Shown: positions 8,269 to 15,670 of the stretch, one piece after another
How positions within the stretch are numbered: the first letter of the stretch is position 1
Layout of the letters: every line of letters starts with the position of its first letter
Program-made: the position numbers and the translations under genes
The notes under the pieces: generated by a model
What the model saw: the letters and a program-made list of their open reading frames with translations, nothing else
Told to the model about the DNA's origin: nothing
The model's database searches: none
Origin: Synechococcales cyanobacterium
GTDB lineage: Bacteria; Cyanobacteriota; Cyanobacteriia; Cyanobacteriales; Chamaesiphonaceae
Assembly: GCA_043721015.1 (NCBI GenBank)
Contig: JAYSRP010000288.1
Location: forward strand, 3,907-27,906
Direction: 5' to 3'
Length of the DNA: 24,000 nt

Positions 8269-8653
8269 TTGCCACATCATTGATGCTCGCAAACCGCTTC
8301 ATCATCAAACCATTTTCGGCAAATTCCCAGTTTTCGTTGCCATAAGCCCGATACCAGTTGCCAGCCTCGTTGTGATACTCGTACTCAAACCGTACCGCAA
8401 TCCGATTATCCATAAAGCACCATAGCTCTTTGCGCAGCCGATAATCTAGTTCTTGTTGCCACTTGCGAGTCAGAAACTCTTTGATAGTAGCGCGGCCTGT
8501 AATAAACTCCGATCGATTGCGCCATTCCGAGTCTTCGGTGTAAGCCAAAGAAACTCGCCCCGGATCACGGGTATTCCAAGCATTCTCAGCCGCCTGGACT
8601 TTATCTTTGGCAGTTTCTAAGGTAAACGGTGGCAGTGGTGGCTTCATTTCCAT
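8231..8653 (-). CDS. DUF1348 / NTF2-like (SnoaL-fold) family protein
   Basis: 140 aa with blocks I recognise from the DUF1348 family: PPFT.ETA..KV..AE.AWN.RDP, EW.RNR.EF..GR, YRL.KELW.F..NRIAVRF.YE and GNENWEF. Confidence 0.8.
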   Translation of the reverse strand: MEMKPPLPPFTLETAKDKVQAAENAWNTRDPGRVSLAYTEDSEWRNRSEFITGRATIKEFLTRKWQQELDYRLRKELWCFMDNRIAVRFEYEYHNEAGNWYRAYGNENWEFAENGLMMKRFASINDVAITEADRKFCWEQ

Positions 8654-8715
8654 AAGTTTAGTAGTGGATGAGTGTGCTTTGATAATAAAGCAAAACCTTC
8701 TTTATAATACAGCAA

Positions 8716-9852
8716 TTAATTTTTATTAACTTGGCTACTACTGCTAAACCAACCCTTTCGCCAAAAGAAAAAAGCCAAACTGCCACCAACCACCGTCATC
8801 AAAGTCAAACAAGCTGGATAACCCCAGTACCAGCTTAACTCTGGCATATTCAGCGGTGACTTTTCGACATTGAAGTTCATCCCATAGACCCCAGCAATAA
8901 ACGTGAGAGGAATAAAGATCGACGAAACCACCGTGAGTAATTTCATAATCTCGTTCATTTTATTGCCTACCGAAGATAAATACACATCCATCAAGCCCGT
9001 GCCCAGCTCTCGATAGGTTTCCACCATATCCATAACCTGCACCGTGTGGTCATAGCAGTCCCGCAGATAAATTTTGACCTCATCGCTAATAAAGTCACTG
9101 CCATCCCGAATTAATTGATTGATCGCATCCCGCTGTGGCCAGATTGATCGCCTTAAAGTCAACAAATCTCTTCGCACTCGATAAATCTTCTCTAACGTTT
9201 GCTTAGTAGGCCGCGAAACTACCTCATCTTCCAATTCATCAATCAGCTCTCCATAGTGCTCCAATACCGGGAAAAAGCCGTCGATAATGGCATCTAGCAA
9301 ACAGTAGGCCAAGTAGTCTGCACCCTGATGACGCAAAGATCCCCGCCCATGGGCAATGCGATCGCGCACTCCGTCAAAACAATCATGCTCTGGTTCTTCT
9401 TGAATAGTCAGCAAATAGCCTTTCCCTAAAACTAGACTGACTTGCTCTTTATGGAAACCCTGCAACGTTTTATCAGGAGTCACCATCCAAGAAACAATTA
9501 ATAGCTGCTCCGCATAATGTTCAATTTTTGGTCGCTGGGGCACATTTACTACATCTTCTACCAGCAGCGGATGCAAATTAAACGTCTTACTCAGACTCTG
9601 CCAAGTGCTATGATTTCCCAGTCCCGATAGATCTAACCAAGATACCGATTTATTTTTTAAATAACGCTGAGCTTCATCGGGGTCGGTAATATGATGACAG
9701 TCTACCGTTTCTGAATCATAGTCAATCACCGAGAGCGTAGCTGGCTCGGCATCAACGCTCAGGCTCAAAACTCCTGGCGCTACCCCTGGGCGATCATAGA
9801 AATAATCTACCTTAGAAACAGCTTTGTGAGTAGAAGGGAATTTAATAATCAT
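8716..9852 (-). CDS. corA: Magnesium/cobalt transporter CorA
   Basis: 378 aa with a large soluble N-domain, two C-terminal TM helices and the signature YGMNF. Its ATG overlaps the upstream gene stop (TAATG). Confidence 0.9.
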   Translation of the reverse strand: MIIKFPSTHKAVSKVDYFYDRPGVAPGVLSLSVDAEPATLSVIDYDSETVDCHHITDPDEAQRYLKNKSVSWLDLSGLGNHSTWQSLSKTFNLHPLLVEDVVNVPQRPKIEHYAEQLLIVSWMVTPDKTLQGFHKEQVSLVLGKGYLLTIQEEPEHDCFDGVRDRIAHGRGSLRHQGADYLAYCLLDAIIDGFFPVLEHYGELIDELEDEVVSRPTKQTLEKIYRVRRDLLTLRRSIWPQRDAINQLIRDGSDFISDEVKIYLRDCYDHTVQVMDMVETYRELGTGLMDVYLSSVGNKMNEIMKLLTVVSSIFIPLTFIAGVYGMNFNVEKSPLNMPELSWYWGYPACLTLMTVVGGSLAFFFWRKGWFSSSSQVNKN

Positions 9853-11084
9853 TAACTACAATAACTCTCCACACAGCGCACAAACATTTCTACACCCATC
9901 ATCAAAGCCGTCTCATCAAAATCAAAGCGGGGGTGATGATGGGGATAAGCTAAAGCTCGATCGACGTTAGCTGAACCCAAAAAGAAGTAGCAGCCCGGTA
10001 TCTCTTGCAAGAAGTAAGCCATGTCTTCTGCCCCCATAGTCTGGCAATCGGGCACTACCCCTGCCGGAGTAGTCACCATATTTAGAGCGATCGACCTAAC
10101 CATGGCGGTAATTCGCTCATCATTAATAGTGGCTGGGTAGAAATTCACATAGTCAACTTCACAAGTTGCACCATAAGCAGCACAGACCGAGTTAGCTAAA
10201 TCGGTAATGCGCTGGCGAAAGTAATCTTTAAACTTGGGGCTAAAATAGCGCACGGTGCCCCGCAGAATTGCCGTATCAGCAATCACATTGCGGGCATTGC
10301 CCGCTACAAAATTCCCCACCGTCACTACCGCTGACTCTAGCGGATCAACGTTACGGGCGACGATCGACTGTAAGGCGCTCACCACCTGGGCACCAACCAC
10401 CAAAGCATCCACTGTCTGGTGGGGCATCGCCCCATGACCGCCCCGCCCCTGAACTTTGATATCAAACTGCTCTACTGCGGCCATCAAAGGGCCACTGCGC
10501 ACGCCCACTGTCCCTAATGGCAAGTTATTCCATAGATGCAGACCAACGATCGCATCTACTTCGGGGTTTTGCAATACTCCCGCCTGGATCATCGGCAAGG
10601 CACCGCCGGGATATTCTTCAGCAGGCTGAAAGATAATCTTAACCGTGCCAGCAAAACTGTCTCGGTGTTGAGATAAATAGTAAGCCGTCATCAGGGCGAT
10701 CGCTGTATGACCATCATGACCGCAGGCGTGCATACAGCCAGGAGTTTGCGATCGATAGTCTACTTCGTTTTCTTCTTGAATGGGCAGGGCATCCATGTCG
10801 GCACGGATCGCCAAGCCTTTCAGGTCAAAGCTGGTTTTCTTACCCTGCAATATTGCCACAATCCCGGTTTCAGCAATGCCAGACTGGTACTGAATGCCCC
10901 ATTCTTGTAATTTTTTCTGAATTAGCTCTGCCGTAACTTTCTCCTGAAAACCCAGCTCAGGATGCTGATGAATCTGGCGACGCACTGCCACCAAGTATGG
11001 TTGTAACGCCTGAATATCTGGTCGGATCTTACTCAGATCGACAGACTGGGGCAGGGCAGTAGTAGCGAAAGAGGTACGATCCAT
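9852..11084 (-). CDS. M20D-family amidohydrolase (N-acyl-L-amino-acid amidohydrolase / hippurate-hydrolase-like)
   Basis: 410 aa with the metal-ligand block MHACGHDGH, FQPAEE, and the dimerisation-domain pattern typical of the ILR1/AmhX/HipO family. Confidence 0.88.
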   Translation of the reverse strand: MDRTSFATTALPQSVDLSKIRPDIQALQPYLVAVRRQIHQHPELGFQEKVTAELIQKKLQEWGIQYQSGIAETGIVAILQGKKTSFDLKGLAIRADMDALPIQEENEVDYRSQTPGCMHACGHDGHTAIALMTAYYLSQHRDSFAGTVKIIFQPAEEYPGGALPMIQAGVLQNPEVDAIVGLHLWNNLPLGTVGVRSGPLMAAVEQFDIKVQGRGGHGAMPHQTVDALVVGAQVVSALQSIVARNVDPLESAVVTVGNFVAGNARNVIADTAILRGTVRYFSPKFKDYFRQRITDLANSVCAAYGATCEVDYVNFYPATINDERITAMVRSIALNMVTTPAGVVPDCQTMGAEDMAYFLQEIPGCYFFLGSANVDRALAYPHHHPRFDFDETALMMGVEMFVRCVESYCS

Positions 11085-11200
11085 AGCAGAGGTGAAAAGG
11101 GGATTTTGAGGTGCAAGAATGAATGTAGTACAGCGAACAAGGATGTAATATTTGCCATCCCGTTTTAGTTTAACGGATCTGTAGAAATCTGCCTGTCTTT

Positions 11201-12253
11201 TTAAGAACCAATTTTGGCGAAAGGCTGGCTGGAATTGTCAGTGATCTCTTGCAGATAGGCAATATGTCGATCGATTATCTCACAGCCTTCGGCCACATTC
11301 TCAATTACTGCCAATTTTCCGCGCAGCTCTGCCGCTCCAGCAAAGCCTTTGGCGTACCAAGTAAGATGTTTGCGGGCTTGGCGCACTCCATAAATGCCTT
11401 TGTATTCAAACAGTGCTTTTAGATGTTCACGGGCACATTCTAAAAGATCGATCGAAGTAGGAGCCGGAAGCTCTTCACCGGTTTTCAAAAAGTGATCTAC
11501 CTGACCCACCAAAAATGGATAACCCAAAGTCCCCCGTGAGCACATCACTCCATCAGCTCCGGTTTGCTCTAAGCAATCCACTGCTGCCTGCACCGAAAAC
11601 ATATCTCCATTGCCAATCACTGGAATGCTGACTACTTCTTTGACCTGACGAATCCAATCCCACTTGGCTGGGCCATTGTACCCTTGGGCACGAGTGCGGC
11701 CATGGACAGTAATCATCTGGGCACCGGCATCTTCCATTAGTTTGGCAAAGGAAAGAATATTAATTTCGCTGTCCGACCAGCCAATCCGGGTCTTTACTGT
11801 TACTGGCACCGAGACAGCCTTAACTACGGCTCTGACAATTTCTGCGGCAATTTCTGGCTCTCGCAGTAGCGAGGAACCACCACCATTTTTGGTGATTTTG
11901 TTCACTGGGCAACCCATGTTGATATCCACGGTATCAGCGCCTTCTGCCACGGCTCTTTGGGCGGCTTCGGCTAAGAAGTCTGGGCGACAGTCAAATAGCT
12001 GAATGCTAATGGGTCTTTCGCTAGCTTCGATTTCCATAATCCGGGGCAGCTCTTTTACATAGTGCAGACCGGTAGCGTTAACCATTTCGGTATACAGCAT
12101 AGAAGTAGGAGCGTAGCGCCGCACAATTCGCCGAAAAACTAGGTCAGTTACGCCGGAAAGCGGCGACTGAAATACCCGACTCTTCAGTTCTAAAGAGCCG
12201 ATTTTTAGGGGGGTAGAAAGTCGATCGAGCAGTGCGGGACTAATTGTTACCAT
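11201..12253 (-). CDS. dus: tRNA-dihydrouridine synthase
   Basis: 350 aa TIM-barrel flavoenzyme with motifs SPLSGVTD, DINMGCP, VTVKTRIGW and ITVHGRT. Confidence 0.9.
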   Translation of the reverse strand: MVTISPALLDRLSTPLKIGSLELKSRVFQSPLSGVTDLVFRRIVRRYAPTSMLYTEMVNATGLHYVKELPRIMEIEASERPISIQLFDCRPDFLAEAAQRAVAEGADTVDINMGCPVNKITKNGGGSSLLREPEIAAEIVRAVVKAVSVPVTVKTRIGWSDSEINILSFAKLMEDAGAQMITVHGRTRAQGYNGPAKWDWIRQVKEVVSIPVIGNGDMFSVQAAVDCLEQTGADGVMCSRGTLGYPFLVGQVDHFLKTGEELPAPTSIDLLECAREHLKALFEYKGIYGVRQARKHLTWYAKGFAGAAELRGKLAVIENVAEGCEIIDRHIAYLQEITDNSSQPFAKIGS

Positions 12254-12381
12254 GGATTCTGTAAAGGTGGCTTGAGACCTCAGGATAGCAGAATTTCTTC
12301 ATTGACTGCGGAGCAGTGCTGGCCAAAACTCTTTTGCAACCTGTGGCAAAATGAACTCACTGATGTTCGATTTTAAATTTC

Positions 12382-12804
12382 ATGACTGAACCCAAATTAA
12401 CTTCTAAAGCTGCTTGGCAGCCACATGCCGATCTGATTTCTGATGCTGGCTTACCTTTAACTGTAGATGCCGATTTTTTTATTGCACCACCGTCACAAAT
12501 TGGGGAACTGATCTCGGCGGCTACTACGTTGCCGACTTCATCTCACCCGCTACCGGTAAATACTCGCTGGGCAATAATTGTGGGCAGCGGTGTATTACTG
12601 GCTATTTTGTTCCAAGTTCTTTTTCAAATTGCTGGGTTTACTCTCTTAATAGGAATGATGGCCGGTGCGACGGCTTGGTATCTCACCCGGTTTAATCACA
12701 TCTGTTCTTTTGTGGGCACGAAAGGTCTGGCTAGATTTGACACTCTCAGGGCTGAAGCCGCTGAGATTCTTGAACAGCCCATATTCGGACTCTCAAAGGC
12801 GTAG
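12382..12804 (+). pseudogene. Small two-TM membrane protein gene, with its 3' end replaced by the IS element
   Basis: The ORF is plausible up to about 12740 (...FVGTKGLARFD). The last ~20 codons are read-through into the IS right-end hairpin and the antisense of the tnpB terminus. Confidence 0.5.
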
Positions 12805-12950
12805 TCAATGCGCCACTACTGATTCCCTCAAGGCATAGCCCTAAAGTTACCGCTACTTTCCTCAAAATGTTGGCTGCACCATTACAGTCAGCATTTATCT
12901 CCACTTTATCAGCACTACGATACAAGCCTCTTTGTACACGTCTGCCAGAT
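12725..12950 (-). ncRNA. Predicted TnpB omega-RNA (reRNA) scaffold plus guide; position inferred, not demonstrated
   Basis: In characterised TnpB systems the guide RNA is transcribed from the 3' end of tnpB through the RE, with the guide taken from the flank. This interval is the equivalent region here and contains several short stems (for example ggcg...cgcc) plus the RE hairpin. Confidence 0.35.
12745..12765 (-). repeat. IS right-end (RE) subterminal hairpin
   Basis: Imperfect palindrome ctcag-ggc-tgaa-gcc-g-ctgag that overlaps the tnpB stop codon. It is paired with the LE copy at 14606-14626. Confidence 0.7.
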
Positions 12951-14083
12951 TCTTTCCACCGCTCGGGTTTTTCACCGTATTTTGGTAGAGTATCCGAATC
13001 TAGAAAACTTGCTTTACTGGTATAGCTTTCTTCCGTCTCGACAAACTGAATTCCATACTGTTCGCACAATTGGGAGATCCTATCCTTCAGCCTAGCTGTA
13101 GGGATCTGTACGAACTTTTGATTGTTCTTTCTTCCCATGTTAACCCCGTCTTTTTGACCCTGATTCCAGCCAAAAACCAAGGTTCCAATCCCATTGTCTA
13201 TACAGTGATTAATTACTAATCTAGCTGCTTTGTTTACCGCGTCACGCATTTGTCGATTACGTTTTTCAGTAATAGCGGCTAGTTTTCCAGACCAAAATCC
13301 TTGAGGCTTTCCGTCCTTAATATTGGCAATTTGCTTATTGTAAAACTGATTAAGAGATTTCAGATGTAACCCATCAACAATAAAGGATGTACCGATATTA
13401 CTGACTCCAGTTAGCCAGTTATTTATCCCATGATCTAACCCTAAACATTTAGTGAAGTCCAGATCAATTTTATTAGCCGCGACAGGATAAACAAATTCTG
13501 CATAGAAACATCCATTTCTGGGCAAAATTCGCACTTCTCTCAGGTCTTCAAAATTAAGGTTTGACGGCATTGGTAAATAAAATTCTTTCAATCCAAACCA
13601 AGCCTTAACTTGCAAACCCAATGGGAAGCGAAGACGTGCCACGCACGCTTCCGAGGTCGCCTCGGAAGAACGTGAAGCACTTTGACCATCTATTAGCCTT
13701 AGTGCTCGTTTGGGAAACGAAACTACTTGATAGCCTCCTGACTTGCGGTAATTTGGAAACTTTGGCTTCTGACCAAGCTCGCCATTACGCGATTTTTTCA
13801 GTAGCTCACAAAACGATTTAACAGATTCACCAACAGACAAGCACGTTTGAACGGCTGCCTCAGAAGATAATGCAGCGAAATGTCTATTAGAACCCATTGT
13901 GTTAACCAAATCAAAGCTTGTTACATATGCTCCGGTCTTAAACCAAATTTGACGAGCATAATAAACTGCACAGTTGTGTAGGTTGTTAGATTCTGAGCAA
14001 ATATATTGCAGAACAGCTTGAGTATCTTTGTCCGTGCTAATCAAGCACTGCTGAACACCCATCGATTTTTTAGGTTTAGCCAT
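12746..14083 (-). CDS. tnpB: IS200/IS605 accessory protein TnpB (RNA-guided RuvC nuclease family), variant without zinc-ribbon cysteines
   Basis: 445 aa with RuvC-I LGLDHGINN, RuvC-II VETEESYTSK and RuvC-III INADCNGAANILRKV. No CxxC pairs occur between the E and the last D. There are no internal stops. Confidence 0.9.
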   Translation of the reverse strand: MAKPKKSMGVQQCLISTDKDTQAVLQYICSESNNLHNCAVYYARQIWFKTGAYVTSFDLVNTMGSNRHFAALSSEAAVQTCLSVGESVKSFCELLKKSRNGELGQKPKFPNYRKSGGYQVVSFPKRALRLIDGQSASRSSEATSEACVARLRFPLGLQVKAWFGLKEFYLPMPSNLNFEDLREVRILPRNGCFYAEFVYPVAANKIDLDFTKCLGLDHGINNWLTGVSNIGTSFIVDGLHLKSLNQFYNKQIANIKDGKPQGFWSGKLAAITEKRNRQMRDAVNKAARLVINHCIDNGIGTLVFGWNQGQKDGVNMGRKNNQKFVQIPTARLKDRISQLCEQYGIQFVETEESYTSKASFLDSDTLPKYGEKPERWKESGRRVQRGLYRSADKVEINADCNGAANILRKVAVTLGLCLEGISSGALTTPLRVRIWAVQESQRLQP

Positions 14084-14115
14084 CTTTTCCCCTAAAGATC
14101 ATTTGACCTACTTAC

Positions 14116-14121
14116 TATAAT
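14116..14121 (+). promoter_or_regulatory. Candidate -10 box for tnpA in the divergent tnpB/tnpA spacer
   Basis: A perfect TATAAT lies 41 nt upstream of the tnpA start. No good -35 is present at 17-bp spacing, so this is weak. Confidence 0.3.
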
Positions 14122-14161
14122 CAACTACAGTAGATAAGTCAACCCCCAGCAACATCAACTT

Positions 14162-14569
14162 ATGCTTCCTCTGCCCGAATACAAAACTCATAACCATGTT
14201 AAATTCCTTCTCAACTATCACTTTGTATTTATACCAAAGCGTAGAAAATCAGTTTTATTAGGTGAAGTAGCAACTAAGCTTAAGCAAACATTCCTAGAGC
14301 TTTCAATTGAAAAAGGGTGGGATATTCTTGCTTTGGAGGTCGCACCAGATCATGTCCATCTTTTTGTGGCAGTCAAGCCAACAGACACTCCTTCATTAGT
14401 AATAAAACTTTTCAAAGGTCGTTCTAGTCACCATTTAAGAGCTGAGTTTCCACACCTTAAAAAACTTCCCTCACTCTGGACAAGTAGCTATTTCGTTAGT
14501 ACGGCAGGCAATATCAGTAGTGAAGCTGTCATAAAGTATATTGAAGATCCACATCATGCAGCAAACTAG
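14162..14569 (+). CDS. tnpA: IS200/IS605 family Y1 (HUH) transposase TnpA
   Basis: 135 aa with the HUH motif HVHLFV and the catalytic-tyrosine block SSYFVSTAGN. Size and order are typical of TnpA. Confidence 0.92.
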   Translation: MLPLPEYKTHNHVKFLLNYHFVFIPKRRKSVLLGEVATKLKQTFLELSIEKGWDILALEVAPDHVHLFVAVKPTDTPSLVIKLFKGRSSHHLRAEFPHLKKLPSLWTSSYFVSTAGNISSEAVIKYIEDPHHAAN

Positions 14570-14575
14570 GATTAA

Positions 14576-14626
14576 GGGGACTAAAGTCCCCCGAGTCGCT
14601 TCCCTCTCAGGGCTAAAGCCACTGAG
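14576..14626 (-). repeat. IS left-end (LE) structured region with two hairpins
   Basis: Perfect palindrome ggggactaaagtcccc (14576-14591) plus the hairpin ctcagggctaaagccactgag (14606-14626). The second matches the RE hairpin. Confidence 0.7.
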
Positions 14627-14645
14627 TTTCCCACATCCCGCACTC

Positions 14646-14902
14646 TTACTATGATATTTCCGGCTCTCGATCGGCTTTACCTAAAGAAATTTTGTTGCTA
14701 TTTGCGGATACGCAATATCTCTATACCAAAACTACTCGCAACTACACTAATGGGATTTATACCGGGACAAGTTATAGCTATAGATAGAGCAAGAATTATT
14801 ACTGGTACTTATCGCAGCGAAAACAATACGCCCAAGCAACAAGATATCTGGTATTTTGCTGATATTAAAGATCGCGATCGATGCCCTTGGCAAAGGAACT
14901 GA
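14646..14902 (+). pseudogene. Probable 3' remnant of the IS-interrupted gene, with ambiguous frame
   Basis: Two overlapping open frames exist. Frame A (to the TAG at 14785-14787) reads YDISGSRSALPKEILLLFADTQYLYTKTTRNYTNGIYTGTSYSYR. Frame B (the track ORF 14651..14902) reads ...GQVIAIDRARIITGTYRSENNTPKQQDIWYFADIKD. A YTGTSYSY / ITGTYRS motif recurs in different frames, which suggests a frameshift. Confidence 0.35.
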
Positions 14903-14959
14903 AGCAACTACCAAAGCATCTCTGACCTTACAGCCTCGATTAGCGGACTAAGAGAAGAA

Positions 14960-15163
14960 ATGCGTGTCGGTTTCGCTGACTTGAGAGGAGACATCAAAGT
15001 TCTGGATAATCGGCTAGGGAACCTAGAATCAACCGCTCAGAAACTACCTGATTTGGCTGAAAAAGTTGGAGAGCTTAAAAACTGGAAACAGATTGCAATA
15101 GTTATATTTACGGCATCAGTTAGTGGTGCTATTGCTTGGTTCCTTCGTAACGGTAAATTCTAG
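14960..15163 (+). CDS. Small coiled-coil protein with a C-terminal TM anchor (cyanobacterial hypothetical)
   Basis: 67 aa with a heptad-like N-part (ADLRGDIKVLDNRLGNLEST) and a hydrophobic tail IAIVIFTASVSGAIAWFL. The protein-like sequence continues upstream without a start codon, so the gene may be 5'-truncated. Confidence 0.5.
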   Translation: MRVGFADLRGDIKVLDNRLGNLESTAQKLPDLAEKVGELKNWKQIAIVIFTASVSGAIAWFLRNGKF

Positions 15164-15298
15164 AACACCACAAACACTATCAGTCTAGCGGTAGAAACTA
15201 CCCTTCGGAGCGATCAAGGCTTAGAACTTGATAAAATATTTACTACTATTGAGGAGGTAATCGATCAAGAATAGCATCGAGTTTATTATTATTAGAAT

Positions 15299-15634
15299 TC
15301 AAAAGGCGAAGAATGGTAGGCGATCTTCGTCAATTGAAACAGCAAGATTGACCAATCCGCGATTGGTAGCTTTTAGCTCTCGCATCTCTTCTTCATGCCG
15401 CCTGATTCTTTCCTGCTCCTCCAGTCGATCGGCAGCAGCCTGATCAAGCATGGCTTGAATGGCGCGGCCATTAGATTCAGCGATTTGCATAGCTCGGTCA
15501 GCAACAGCTTTCACCTCTACCATTTCAGATTGGAACTGCTGTTGCGAAAGTTGAAGTTCCCGCTGCGAGAGTTGAAGTTGCTGCTGGGAAAGCAGAATCT
15601 CTTGCAAAATAGACTGCATTTCTTCAAAAGACAT
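15299..15634 (-). CDS. Q/E-rich coiled-coil hypothetical protein
   Basis: 111-aa ORF with a strong heptad character and an internal LQLSQRELQLSQQQ repeat. I recognise no domain. Confidence 0.55.
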   Translation of the reverse strand: MSFEEMQSILQEILLSQQQLQLSQRELQLSQQQFQSEMVEVKAVADRAMQIAESNGRAIQAMLDQAAADRLEEQERIRRHEEEMRELKATNRGLVNLAVSIDEDRLPFFAF

Positions 15635-15670
15635 AGTCGAATACCTCCCCTGTGAGTTTCATAACTTATC

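Larger units (their letters stand above)
12737..14645 (-). mobile_element. IS200/IS605-family insertion sequence (divergent tnpA/tnpB); ends approximate to +/-15 nt
   Basis: It carries tnpB (minus) and tnpA (plus). Near-identical subterminal hairpins sit in the same orientation at both ends: ctcagggctgaagccgctgag (12745-12765) and ctcagggctaaagccactgag (14606-14626), 19/21 identical. No terminal inverted repeats are seen, as expected for this family. Confidence 0.85.

Noticed and set aside
1718-13681. The ctaD-ctaE spacer repeat and the tnpB palindromic insert being copies of one mobile mini-element
   Set aside because: They share only a short GCGAAG-containing stretch, and I could find no alignment beyond that by eye. 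They are treated as separate observations.
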